Shown piece after piece: positions 49,853-59,611 of a DNA stretch of 64,000 bases. The notes beneath the pieces are model-generated. The model made no database searches and was not told the DNA's origin. It worked only from the letters and a program-made list of their open reading frames with translations. Source of the DNA: Candidatus Fermentibacterota bacterium (lineage in GTDB: Bacteria; Fermentibacterota; Fermentibacteria; Fermentibacterales; JCC-6); assembly GCA_963845085.1 (NCBI GenBank), contig CAWJQI010000005.1:256001-320000 (forward strand), written 5' to 3'. A program made the position numbers and the translations under genes. Each line of letters starts with the position of its first letter. Positions within the stretch are counted from its first letter, which is position 1.

Positions 49853-50459
49853 CTTCCATAACCCTGGTCAGCATTGCACACTTCTCCATTATCCTTCTGC
49901 TTCCAAACCTGAGGGCCATTCCCGCAAGTTTTCCGGCGACGGCTCCGAATGCTTCCCGGTCCAGTCTAAGTTCCCGAAGTGATTCCGGGGTATTCAGCTC
50001 CTTCCGCAGATATAGCATATCAAGCAACGCCCTCTCGGGAAGGGCCATCAAGAAGGGATGTCTGGGACCCTGAACAACAGAGTAGCCGAACCAGTACCCG
50101 GGCTTCACGGTTCTGTAGATGAATCCGGCCGCTGGCGATAGAACGGATCTGGTCTTCCTGGTGGAAACCGAAGTCACGGAGAATGCCGTTTCTGGGATCA
50201 GCCCGTGATATGAGAGGGCTGATTCGAGGGAAACGAACGAAGGCCGGTAGATCAGGTTCGCGACTGCAAAAAGGTCCTGCTCGCCAAGAATCGAACCACT
50301 TGGAATGTAGTACCCGGGAGCGATCATCTGGACCAACCCGGCAGACCGCCACCTGTAAACCGTTTCCCTGCGCAGCCCCGGAAGGGCTGCGGCCATGTCC
50401 ACCATGGATACCACCGGCAGCTTGTCCGAAAGCTTCAGGAACTCGATAAAACGGGCCAT
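49845..50459 (-). CDS. AbiEi-type antitoxin / transcriptional regulator
   Basis: wHTH N-terminus, PSFVSLESALSYHGLIPE, A.PERALLD; overlaps toxin. Confidence 0.85.
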   Translation of the reverse strand: MARFIEFLKLSDKLPVVSMVDMAAALPGLRRETVYRWRSAGLVQMIAPGYYIPSGSILGEQDLFAVANLIYRPSFVSLESALSYHGLIPETAFSVTSVSTRKTRSVLSPAAGFIYRTVKPGYWFGYSVVQGPRHPFLMALPERALLDMLYLRKELNTPESLRELRLDREAFGAVAGKLAGMALRFGSRRIMEKCAMLTRVMEDA

Positions 50460-50612
50460 TCTGTTTCCATTCTGTTACACTTATGCCATACTATAGAAAT
50501 GAATCAAAAAAAGCAAGTGCATCAAGGGTTTGGAATCCGACGATCTGGATTATTGTGCACGCCATGTTATACTTCTGCTTGGAATCGATTCACGGGCCGA
50601 AAGGGGAATGAA

Positions 50613-52061
50613 ATGATCGTTCTTCTCCTTGCCATCATCTCCAGCCCCCAGGAAATCCTCTGGACAGCGTTTCCCGACGGTGGCTTCACCGCCGTCCAAT
50701 GTGCGGGAGACGTGAACGGCGACGGCACGGAGGACATCTTCGCAGCATCCCTCGAAAACACGGGGTTTGGGATACACTGCCTCAACGGCCTTACCGGAGC
50801 CGTGATCTGGAGCAATCAAGCGGCAATGGGGGTTGCCGGACCGGGTTGTCTGCGAGAGGTTGGCGATGTCAACCTCGACGGTGTGCCAGAACTGGCCGCC
50901 GGCTGGTCGGGCTCTCCCAGCGTGTTTCTCCTGTGCGGGGCAACAGGCACGCAGTTATGGAACCTGCCCCAGGACAAACCGGTGGAGTACGTTGAGGGTG
51001 TTGTGGGTCCGGAGCCCGGAGACATAGTGGTTATCGCACTGAAAGATCCCGTTAACTACGGCTGCTTCTTTGCTATTGACGGCCAGTCCGGTCAGGAACT
51101 GTGGTATAAGTGGACCGGTTACACCCAGGATCACTGGATCAAGGTGACCGAAACGGATATAAGCGGCAACGGCTGGTCAGAGATGGGTCACTCCACCGAC
51201 CTCGGTAGTGTCATGAGCGGGTATGTTGCGATCAGGGACGGTTATACCGGAGAACTGCTCTGCAGCCAGAGCACCTGCTACTTCGGAACCATGGATGTCT
51301 GCGATTCCCCGGTCCCGAGTCTCGCCGTCTCCCACTTCGGGAACCTGCCCAGCACATGGATGGTGGACATTCCCGGGGAGGAGCCTGTCTGGGCTATCGA
51401 CGAAGTAGAATTCTGCTTCCCTTACCTTGATTTCATCGGGAATGTTACAGGGACATACACACCCCGGGCCGACCTGCTGGGCTACGGCAGCTCAAGTATC
51501 TATCTGATAAGTGGAGACAATGGCTATTACGATGATGGCTATTCGCTTTCAGCGGTTGCGACGGACTGCTTCCACGACGGCAGCCAGTGGCGTCTTGCGG
51601 CCCTGACAGCGGGCACGTTCAACTCCCCTCCCCTTGTTTTCTCCTCACCTGTAATAACTCCCCAGACCCAGTTGCCCAACTCTCCCGGCGCGTCCATGTG
51701 CCTTTTGGAATCGGACCAGTACCCCACTCCCCTTGTCGCCGTTGCCATGGAGGGCGCTTCCGGCCCCGGTATTTGTGTCATTCACACCTCATGGCCGGTT
51801 GCAACGGGCGAAACTGGCAGCTCACCCATACCCGCCCAGGTCCCGGTCAGCCTCGTGGAATGCCCCGGGACAGGGTTCCTCACTGCACAAGGAATCGCCG
51901 GCGGAGAGGCCGTAATACTCGACTCGGCAGGAAGGGTTGTAGGGACGGTCAGGCTGAGGCCAGGCGAAAGGGAGGCATTTCATCTTCCTCCCGGTGTGTA
52001 CCACCTTGTGGATTCCGCAACCGGTCTGCTTCTCCAGCGGGGAGTGGTCCTGGCCCCCTGA
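50613..52061 (+). CDS. Secreted FG-GAP/PQQ-like repeat protein with degenerate T9SS-like C-terminus
   Basis: GDVNGDG.EDI and GDVNLDGVPEL repeats; DSAGRVV...PGVY. Confidence 0.7.
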   Translation: MIVLLLAIISSPQEILWTAFPDGGFTAVQCAGDVNGDGTEDIFAASLENTGFGIHCLNGLTGAVIWSNQAAMGVAGPGCLREVGDVNLDGVPELAAGWSGSPSVFLLCGATGTQLWNLPQDKPVEYVEGVVGPEPGDIVVIALKDPVNYGCFFAIDGQSGQELWYKWTGYTQDHWIKVTETDISGNGWSEMGHSTDLGSVMSGYVAIRDGYTGELLCSQSTCYFGTMDVCDSPVPSLAVSHFGNLPSTWMVDIPGEEPVWAIDEVEFCFPYLDFIGNVTGTYTPRADLLGYGSSSIYLISGDNGYYDDGYSLSAVATDCFHDGSQWRLAALTAGTFNSPPLVFSSPVITPQTQLPNSPGASMCLLESDQYPTPLVAVAMEGASGPGICVIHTSWPVATGETGSSPIPAQVPVSLVECPGTGFLTAQGIAGGEAVILDSAGRVVGTVRLRPGEREAFHLPPGVYHLVDSATGLLLQRGVVLAP

Positions 52062-52070
52062 CCCTTCGCA

Positions 52071-52574
52071 TCAGGGCAGGAAGCCCACCCATCCGTCAGC
52101 ATCGGACGCTTCGAGAAGTTTCCAGCCCTCACCAGGCCCGCGCGAGACCGTGAGGCTCCAGCTTCCCCCGCTGCTGACATTATCGGGGCCGGTTCCGATG
52201 TAATCGAGCTGGAAGTCGAACGACAGAAGAGCCTCATCGGACGAAAGGTACTGGACAGAGGCGTTCTCCTCATCGATGGAAAGGCAGATCTCCGAACACT
52301 CCTGGAAGAAGGCATCGATCAACTCTGTCTGGAGTTCGGCGTTCCATCCCGAATCAACGACCCCGTCGCCGTCGTAATCGTCCCAGCAGGACTCGGGAAT
52401 GGTGTGGAAATACCCTTCCTGAAGTACACTTGTGAACATGCCCGTGTCACGGTTGCTGAACGCGTCTTCAAGCGTGGTCAGCACATCGAGAGGGGTTCCC
52501 TGCTCACCCGGGCCCGTGGTACTGTTGCCGCACCCGACGGCAAGCACCGCTGCAGCTACTGCCAGCACTTTCAT
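52071..52574 (-). CDS. Lipoprotein (possible NTF2-like fold)
   Basis: AVGC lipobox; GGAGAG RBS. Confidence 0.65.
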   Translation of the reverse strand: MKVLAVAAAVLAVGCGNSTTGPGEQGTPLDVLTTLEDAFSNRDTGMFTSVLQEGYFHTIPESCWDDYDGDGVVDSGWNAELQTELIDAFFQECSEICLSIDEENASVQYLSSDEALLSFDFQLDYIGTGPDNVSSGGSWSLTVSRGPGEGWKLLEASDADGWVGFLP

Positions 52575-52755
52575 GGTTCACTCTCCTTCCGGCAAGAATA
52601 GTAAAATGATCCCTCTTTCCCGAAAGGTCAAGTCACATTTTCGTAAACTCTATGTTTCCCTTGGAATGACATTCGCAGGTTTCCCTGTATTGAGGACAAT
52701 TGCTGGAGTGAGCCTTTCCCGAAACAGCAGACACCTGCAGGTTTTGGGATCGTTG

Positions 52756-52830
52756 TGAACCGCCCCTGGTTTTCCAGAGGGTTGTGTTATGTGATTCCGA
52801 CCACCATGGCCGGGATCTCCTGCCGCAGAA
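52756..52830 (-). mobile_element. IS3-family end remnant (terminal inverted repeat plus transposase C-terminal stub)
   Basis: TGAACCGCCCCTGGTTTTCCAGAG resembles IS3/IS51-group TIRs; minus strand reads ...LRQEIPAMVVGIT* just inside it. Confidence 0.55.
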
Positions 52831-52913
52831 GCTCGATCAACGCCGGCAATGGGCAACGTCATCGCCGGCAGCAGAAGGGTGATTCTCATGAGTCAATCTC
52901 TATACGAATCTGA

Positions 52914-54113
52914 TCAATTCCGAAAATGGGAATCGAATCGACCTACACTGCCCGGCAGTTCCGTCCCGTGACTCATGATCTCGATATAGCCCGTGTAACT
53001 GAACAGTCGGTTGCGTTTCCGGGCGGTCAGCTCCTTGACGATACCGAGCTGTTCCAGATGGCCGAGTGCCTTGTTGACCGTGGCCGGGGTTATGCCGGTC
53101 TTCTGCACCAGCGAGCCCGAGGTGGCGATGGGATGCTCCATCAGTGCCCGGTGGACCTGCAGGGTGGATGCAGCCGCCCGGCCGAGACCGCTGATCTTGT
53201 CGTGGTCGCGGTTTGACAGGTCGAGGAGTTGCTGCGCCGTTTCCACTGCCTGGGTGGCGGTGACGATGACCGCCTCGGCGAAGAAATCGAGCCAGGCTTC
53301 CCAGTCGCCTGTAATACGCACGTTGTTGAGCAGCTCGTAGTAATACTGACGATGCGTTTTGAAATAGAGGCTGAGGTAGAGCATCGGCTCCCGCAGCACC
53401 TTCTGCTCGCACAGCAGCAGAGTGATCAGCAGACGTCCCAAACGGCCATTACCGTCGAGGAAAGGGTGGATCGTCTCGAACTGCACGTGAGCCAACGCCG
53501 CCTTGAGCAGCACCGGGGACGGCTCCGGCTGGTCGTGGAGGAAGAGTTCCAGCTTGCTCATGCACTCCAGCACCTCTTCGGCCGGAGGCGGAACGAAGGC
53601 TGCGTTGCCCGGCCGAGTGCCGCCGATCCAGTTCTGGCTGCGCCGAAATTCCCCCGGAGTCTGATTGCTGCCACGACCCTTGGTCAGCAGCACGCCATGA
53701 ATCTCGCGGAACAGCCGCAGCGACAGCGGCAGCCCTTCCTCCAGCAGGCGCAGACCATGGTCGAGGGCCGCAACATAGTTGCTGACCTCCCGTACATCAT
53801 CAAGCGGCACGCCGGGTTCCTGATCCAGCTCGAACAGCAGCAGGTCGGACAGCGACGATTGAGTCCCCTCGATCATGGAGGAGAGTACCGCTTCCTTACG
53901 AATGTACATGTAGAGGAACAGCGAGCTTTCCGGCAGCAAGGTCGAAACGCTGTCCAGACGTCCAAGCGCCAGTAATGCCAGGTCGAACTTGCTGCGCAGC
54001 TCCGGCGTCCAGTCGATGGACGGACGTGGCGGCAGCGGCGCGGGCACGAAGGCCTGGGCCTTCTGGCCCTCCGCCGATATGGTCACATATCTGCCTTGGA
54101 GTTCCCGCTTCAT
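52914..54113 (-). CDS. Fic family protein with C-terminal HTH
   Basis: HPFLDGNGRLGR catalytic motif; SSMIEG autoinhibitory motif. Confidence 0.93.
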   Translation of the reverse strand: MKRELQGRYVTISAEGQKAQAFVPAPLPPRPSIDWTPELRSKFDLALLALGRLDSVSTLLPESSLFLYMYIRKEAVLSSMIEGTQSSLSDLLLFELDQEPGVPLDDVREVSNYVAALDHGLRLLEEGLPLSLRLFREIHGVLLTKGRGSNQTPGEFRRSQNWIGGTRPGNAAFVPPPAEEVLECMSKLELFLHDQPEPSPVLLKAALAHVQFETIHPFLDGNGRLGRLLITLLLCEQKVLREPMLYLSLYFKTHRQYYYELLNNVRITGDWEAWLDFFAEAVIVTATQAVETAQQLLDLSNRDHDKISGLGRAAASTLQVHRALMEHPIATSGSLVQKTGITPATVNKALGHLEQLGIVKELTARKRNRLFSYTGYIEIMSHGTELPGSVGRFDSHFRN

Positions 54114-54130
54114 CCTGCCTGCCTCGAACC

Positions 54131-54179
54131 TAAAATAAGATTTGTCTTTATTTTATCTTTACCGAGCATCCTAAAATAA
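54131..54179. promoter_or_regulatory. Putative operator repeats upstream of fic
   Basis: TAAAATAA (54131) - N9 - TTATTTTA (54148) inverted pair plus a third TAAAATAA at 54172. Confidence 0.5.
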
Positions 54180-54473
54180 AGAATCGGGAAGCAAGAATCA
54201 AGCGGATTCTCTGCGCGGCCACTTCGACGTCCTCAGACATGAGTTCGACGTTGTGGCGCATATGCGAAAGCAAACAAGAATGTTTGAGGATGGATTGCGC
54301 TCAGCAACTCTTCCTCGGCTGTTAAACTTGTATGAGTCTTAACACACTTGTAGACAGACTCTTAGCACATATGCCACAACATAGCGTGCAGTATGCGTGC
54401 AGAAGTCAGATGAGGAGGGGATGGCGATGATGACATCTCCCTCCCTGGCAATATCTTAGACGCTGTTGAGGAC

Positions 54474-54496
54474 TGGTGGAGGCGGCGGGATTCGAA
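54474..54496 (-). other. tmRNA/tRNA 3'-end fragment (probable att junction)
   Basis: Minus strand TTCGAATCCCGCCGCCTCCACCA = T-loop, 3' T-stem, acceptor strand, CCA; 5' T-stem missing. Confidence 0.7.
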
Positions 54497-54500
54497 ACCG

Positions 54501-54797
54501 TTGTTATGCAATTACTTGCATGATACAGAACCGCTACACTTCCCTGACAGAAACGATACAATTCCCAACACTATCAAACACTTGCTTCGAGAAGCAAATC
54601 GAAGAAAAGAACAGATTCAGACAGAACCTGAACAGAAACCAGACACTCCATTGCACTCCAAGTGTGCTATATGCGTGCACCAGGCTGAAACACCTGAGGA
54701 CCTGTTGCTGGTGGTGAAAGCATGGGGTGAACTTTCGGATTTCACCAAGGGGATTATCCTGGGGCTGGTAGCTTCAGAGGAAGGCAAGTATGAGTAA
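54501..54797 (+). CDS. Small island-border hypothetical protein
   Basis: C-terminal DL..VV.AW..L....K.IILGLV helix, a pattern recalled from small ORFs beside att sites; start uncertain. Confidence 0.45.
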   Translation: MLCNYLHDTEPLHFPDRNDTIPNTIKHLLREANRRKEQIQTEPEQKPDTPLHSKCAICVHQAETPEDLLLVVKAWGELSDFTKGIILGLVASEEGKYE

Positions 54798-55050
54798 AGC
54801 ACTCTGACAGAATTGACAGAATTGACAAAGCAATACGAAACAAGTGAAGGCAGTTCTTCTATTTCGGAAGCCGCTGCAGCCGTGTGTTCCCCTTTTAGGA
54901 GAGAAAAGACCCATGCCCTATTGCCGACCTTGTGGGTAAACGTCAAAGCACATGAGTGCTTGTCATGAGGACCGATATAGCATGATATTAATGAGCTTAG
55001 CATCGTGTCCGCAGTAGCAGGAGGCTTGAGAATTGTCAGGATCTCACGCA

Positions 55051-55935
55051 ATGATCTTGCATATCGACAATTGGGAACATATAAAGCTCATATCACCAGG
55101 GTTTAAAGGGTTTTATTTCAGAGGTATGAGCGAATCATCAATGGACCTTAAGTCTCCGTTGGAAAGGTCGAGCACAAGGTGGGGTGTTCCCCGTGATATC
55201 TTACCCATTGCTGAAGAGCGTATCCTTTTTGATTTCAAGAGAAGAGCGAGTAATTACTACCATCCCGTTCCCTCAGATGGCTCAGTCCTTGAATGGTGGG
55301 CCTTGCTTAGGCATTTTGAGGGACCTGCTCGCTTTCTTGATTTCACTAAATCTTTCTTCATTGCAGCATACTTTGCTCTTGCAAACTCAACTACGGAAGC
55401 TGCTATATGGGCTGTTTCCAAACGGAGTTTAGATACCTTTGAAGAAATAGCGTTTCCAGAGCTTAGGAAACTGGGCACATTTCACGAAAGAGTAACATTC
55501 AAGGAAAAAGAAGTTTACCCTTATGTTTTTAGTAGGAATTATAAGTATAGAGGTGTAGTAGCTAGTGAGCCGTTTGTTTTAAATAATCGCATGCGCGTAC
55601 AACAGGGACTTTTTTTGATTCCATTCAGTTTAGCGGAACCATTTGAGCATCACTTCTTCGCTGCATTGGAATTGCCACCATCATCATTTCGGGAGGATTC
55701 CACAATATCATATACCTATAGAAATATCCTTGATAATAGTATAAGTCTAAGCGATTTTTCTCTCATTAAGATCATTCTTCCACCGTCCATTCATTCTAAG
55801 GCCGTATGCGAGTTAAATGATATGAATATAACAGCGGAGTCCCTCTTCCCTGGACTTGATGGACTTGCAAAGACTCTTGAGATACCATTTGCCATGTACA
55901 GTAGCTGGTTCCAAGACAGCAGCAAAGTAGATTAG
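55051..55935 (+). CDS. FRG domain protein
   Basis: YFRG, RHFEGPARFLDFT, AAYFA, RMRVQQGLF, MNITAESLFPGLDG. Confidence 0.88.
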   Translation: MILHIDNWEHIKLISPGFKGFYFRGMSESSMDLKSPLERSSTRWGVPRDILPIAEERILFDFKRRASNYYHPVPSDGSVLEWWALLRHFEGPARFLDFTKSFFIAAYFALANSTTEAAIWAVSKRSLDTFEEIAFPELRKLGTFHERVTFKEKEVYPYVFSRNYKYRGVVASEPFVLNNRMRVQQGLFLIPFSLAEPFEHHFFAALELPPSSFREDSTISYTYRNILDNSISLSDFSLIKIILPPSIHSKAVCELNDMNITAESLFPGLDGLAKTLEIPFAMYSSWFQDSSKVD

Positions 55936-55985
55936 TGTATTATGGGTCATTTTTATGTATACAGTGTTATTAAGGGGGAACAGAG

Positions 55986-56672
55986 ATGATATCTAACTTT
56001 CTTGGTCAAGGTCTTTACACCATCTCTCAAGTTTCTCGTTACACAAGGATTAATAAAAGTTCGATAAAAAGATGGGTCAAAGTCGTTGAAGGAGATCACT
56101 ACTATGGCTCGATGTTTGCTGTGTACACTGGAGATTATCAAGCGAAAGAGAGCACTATCTCTCTTAGCTTCAATGATCTGTTAGAGATTAGGTTCATTCA
56201 TGAGTTTAGAAAGCTTGGTGTCTCCCTTCAGACAATACGGAAGGCTCTGGTAAAAGCGCAAACGCTTCTGAATGAGAACCACCCTTTCTCGACGAAAAAG
56301 TTTCTAACTGATGGGAAAGAAATACTCTATGAGCTTTCCAAGGAGGACTCCTCTGTTGATCTTATGAACATTCTCACAGAGCAGTATGAGTTCCAGCAGA
56401 TTCTTGATAAGTTTCTGCATAATACTGGTTTGGAATTTTCCCCTGAAGACACTGTGTGCAGATGGTGGCCAAATGGAAAAGCAAACCATGTAGTTCTTGA
56501 TCCGCAAAGGGCTTTTGGACAGTCAATCATTGGTGCTAATGGCGTACCAACTGCAGTCCTTCATGCCGCGTATCGGACAGAACTGAGCATTGGTGTTGTA
56601 GCTGATTGGTATGAAATAGACCAGGAGTATGTTTCTGCTGCAGTCAAGTACGAGGAGTCACTAACAGCATGA
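55986..56672 (+). CDS. HTH + DUF433 antitoxin (VapB45-like)
   Basis: GLYT...VSR HTH, LSFNDLLE, GVSLQTIR, LDP.RAFGQ, V.AAV.YE. Confidence 0.85.
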   Translation: MISNFLGQGLYTISQVSRYTRINKSSIKRWVKVVEGDHYYGSMFAVYTGDYQAKESTISLSFNDLLEIRFIHEFRKLGVSLQTIRKALVKAQTLLNENHPFSTKKFLTDGKEILYELSKEDSSVDLMNILTEQYEFQQILDKFLHNTGLEFSPEDTVCRWWPNGKANHVVLDPQRAFGQSIIGANGVPTAVLHAAYRTELSIGVVADWYEIDQEYVSAAVKYEESLTA

Positions 56673-57058
56673 GGTTTTTTCTCGACAACAACATTGCTCC
56701 AAAAATCGCAAAAGCTCTTCACGAGCTGTGTAGAGAGCATAATCACGTTGTTTGCCTTAGAGATATGTTTGACCCAGCAACACCTGATGTTGAATGGATT
56801 AAAACCTTGTCTGAGGAAATTGAGAGTGGTTGGATTGTTGTAACCTGCGATAGTAAAATCCGTCGGAACCCACATGAGACACAAGTATGGCGCGAAGCAG
56901 GACTACCTACTTACTTTCTTACAAAGAGTTGGACAACTCTGCAATTCTGGGATCAGGCAAGAAACTTTGTTAAGCTATGGCCCTGCTTGCTTGAGCATGC
57001 TTCAAAAGCAAAAGAAGGAACTTCATTCAGAATCAAACATAATTGTGTTATTGAATAG
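56669..57058 (+). CDS. PIN-domain toxin (VapC45/DUF5615-like)
   Basis: FFLDNN, DVEWI, VVTCD; ATGA overlap with antitoxin. Confidence 0.85.
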   Translation: MRFFLDNNIAPKIAKALHELCREHNHVVCLRDMFDPATPDVEWIKTLSEEIESGWIVVTCDSKIRRNPHETQVWREAGLPTYFLTKSWTTLQFWDQARNFVKLWPCLLEHASKAKEGTSFRIKHNCVIE

Positions 57059-57457
57059 TATTCATATTACACTAGTATCTATTGTTGTGGCAGCAGCATT
57101 ACTTCAGGTTTCTATCTCTTGTTTAGTGTTAACAGGAAGTCTCACTCTAAAAAATGTCCCCTAAACGGGGAAGCCTACGCACAAAGCGACCCAAGGAGCG
57201 AGCACTAACGTTTCTGGAACTTCCGGCAACCCAGGGGTAAGGATATACAAGTTACCGGATTCGTTTACGTTTTCAGGGTCGTGCTTTGACATTGTTTTCC
57301 TGCGCGGAAACTACTCCGTGAAGCACAGAGTAATGTCGTTGTCCGATATTCTCGCAGAAGAATAGTCCGCAGGTTACCCATAGTCAATCAGGATATTAGT
57401 TGTTGGTGATCAGCAAGCCTAAGAGCGCTCCTCGGACAAGGGGGCCCTCACGGCCCC

Positions 57458-58120
57458 CTACCTCTTCACCATCCCCCGCACCGTCGCCGGGTGCCACTGC
57501 CCGCCGTTCTTCGTGGGAATGCCCCGGCCAGTCAGGTAACTGGCGATCCAGGCATAGCTCCGGCCCTGGCTTCTGAAGGACCGCATCAGTTCAAGTATCC
57601 TCAGTTCATCTTTCACCGGAACCAGGGTGTCCCCCTGCCTCTCGTAGCCGTAGGGCACCGGGGAGTACACAAGACCCTGCGCTTTTTTGTGCTGTAGAGC
57701 TGCTGATGTTCTCTCTGCGACCTGGTCCCTCTCGAACTCATTGAGAACCGCCATAAGCCGAAAGATCATCTTCCCCGCTGCACAGGTGGTGTCGATCCTC
57801 TCTGAGAGACTTACCAGGTCAGCGCCGGCCTTGTCCAGCCTCTCGGCAATCTGCAGCGTGTCTTTCGTTGACCGTGACAGTCGGGACAGGGAGTAGACGA
57901 CAAGCACCGCCTTCCTGTCACAGGCGAGTTTCAGGGCTTCCTGCAGCCCCGGTCGTTGTCTTATCCCCGTCCCGCTTATCCCGGCATCCTCGATGATTTT
58001 CAGCAGGGTGATGTTCAGGCTTTGAGCCCACGCCTTGATCGAGGCGGTCTGCGCATCGAGGCTCACTCCGTTTCTGACCTGTTCGTCCGTGCTGACCCTG
58101 ATGTACCCCACCGCCTCCAT
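57458..58120 (-). CDS. Serine recombinase (resolvase family with recombinase-type C-terminus)
   Basis: GYIRVSTDEQ, D.GISG...RPGL, SRLSRS, EFERD..AERT, PYGY. Confidence 0.92.
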   Translation of the reverse strand: MEAVGYIRVSTDEQVRNGVSLDAQTASIKAWAQSLNITLLKIIEDAGISGTGIRQRPGLQEALKLACDRKAVLVVYSLSRLSRSTKDTLQIAERLDKAGADLVSLSERIDTTCAAGKMIFRLMAVLNEFERDQVAERTSAALQHKKAQGLVYSPVPYGYERQGDTLVPVKDELRILELMRSFRSQGRSYAWIASYLTGRGIPTKNGGQWHPATVRGMVKR

Positions 58121-58624
58121 CAGATCAGCCCTTTCGCCCTCAGAGAGGTCCACCTGGGTTTCTCACCGGGACGCCCGGCGCTGTAGATCAGGTGATCCAG
58201 CAACCGAACCTCGAGGGGCTCCATGACCTTCTGGAGATGCTTCGTCAGGGCGATGTCCTGTGGGCTGGCTTCCTCCCGGCCGCCGGGGTGGTTGTGGCAA
58301 AGAATCAGTCCCGTTGAGTTTGTTTCATGAAGGAGAAAGCTGACCAGCTCCCGTGGATAGACAGTTGCCCGGTCCACAGTGCCGTTGGAGAGCAGGATCA
58401 GCCCCAAGAAGTCGTTGCAGGTGTTCAGGGCGATTGCGTACAGGGCTTCTGTGGGCCTGTACTCGAACAGGTCGGACAGGAACTCCATTGCTCTTTCCTG
58501 ACAGTCGATGGTGTGGGGTGACGACTTCCAGGGTGAGACGCCGGACGGTCTTGAAGGTAATGGCTTTCTCGGCGAGAATCAGCTTCCGGTTCCTCTGAAA
58601 AGCATGGATCATCTCCGGGGTCAT
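58120..58624 (-). CDS. RadC/JAB-domain protein, +1 frameshift near 58510-58528
   Basis: E...VYPRE...CHNHPGG...S.QD...LLDHLI in 58120..58488; N-terminal MTPEM...RRLTLE in an adjacent frame. Confidence 0.75.
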
Positions 58625-58993
58625 GATCGACCTCCTTCTGGTCATGGATTGGATGGGAAGACTCCGCCGGGATCCGGCGTGTCAGTCAGTCTCAAGTGGG
58701 GATAGGGGCGTATACAAGGGTGCCTGCATATGCAACCGTGCGGTTGTATACGGAAAGACGGCATTCCAATGAGCGAAACAACTCAGAACTACGAAGTATC
58801 GAGCCCGTCATTAAGAATCAAAACGACTTCAGCAAGTGCTCCGAAGTTCCTCATGCAGAGTCCTTAGAAATCAATCCCTTCGGACTCATTTCAGGTGTTT
58901 AAGGGGTCAAGGGAACCATTTCAGATTGGACAAAAGACAGCTTCAAACAGAGTCCATCCAGCATATGAAAATGACCCTCAAAACTAGTCTTTT

Positions 58994-59431
58994 TCACGAA
59001 GCGGAGTCCCTTGTAGACGCCATTACTGACATAACTTTAACGAAGAAGTGTGCAAAACCGGAGCCCATTTCGAGTTTGGCCGTCTCAAAGAGGGAAAATC
59101 CGCTGTTCGGCTTCAAGTTCCTTTCTCTGTTAATTGTTGTTCCCCTTGTACATAAAAGGTTGGTGGATTTTTCGCACGTTTCTGCAAATCGTTGCCGCAT
59201 GCGCAGGAAAGGTGCCGCAACTCTCCGAAAAGAGGCTCTGATCATCCTGCAGAGTGACTCGAATTCTCTCTGATTTTCACTGCCTTTGGCGGGTTGATTC
59301 AGGTAGCGTTTCGAGGTGCCAGTGGCGTAGTCAGACAGGGTAAGGACGACTTCTCGAAGAATGGAATCGGAAAGCGTAGGCTTGCCCGAGAATCGCAGCG
59401 ATTTCTGTTCGGTGAATCTGAATTGATTCAC
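58994..59431 (-). CDS. Hypothetical protein
   Basis: AAGGAGG RBS before GTG 59431; no recognisable motif. Confidence 0.4.
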   Translation of the reverse strand: MNQFRFTEQKSLRFSGKPTLSDSILREVVLTLSDYATGTSKRYLNQPAKGSENQREFESLCRMIRASFRRVAAPFLRMRQRFAETCEKSTNLLCTRGTTINRERNLKPNSGFSLFETAKLEMGSGFAHFFVKVMSVMASTRDSAS

Positions 59432-59611
59432 CTCGACCTCCTTCTGGTCTGGATTGAATGGGAAGGCTCCGCCGGAAGCCGGCGGGATCAGTCGCTTCTC
59501 AGAAAGGTAACGGGATATCGTAAAGGCGTCTGAGCAGGATTGACATTCTTCCAGAACAAGTATATATTTATAGAGGAAATAGCGATATATATTGCACATA
59601 AGGAGGGGAAA

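Noticed and set aside
54250..54380. GTTGTGGC ... GCCACAAC inverted pair as integron attC cores
   Set aside because: No L boxes, no repeated attC array and no integron integrase in the window
54474..54500. Complete tRNA or tmRNA gene
   Set aside because: Only the 3' 23 bp match; the 5' T-stem strand and the rest of the fold are absent
57161..57292. 43-aa minus-strand ORF MSKHDPENV...CVGFPV
   Set aside because: Only a weak RBS supports it; no recognisable family
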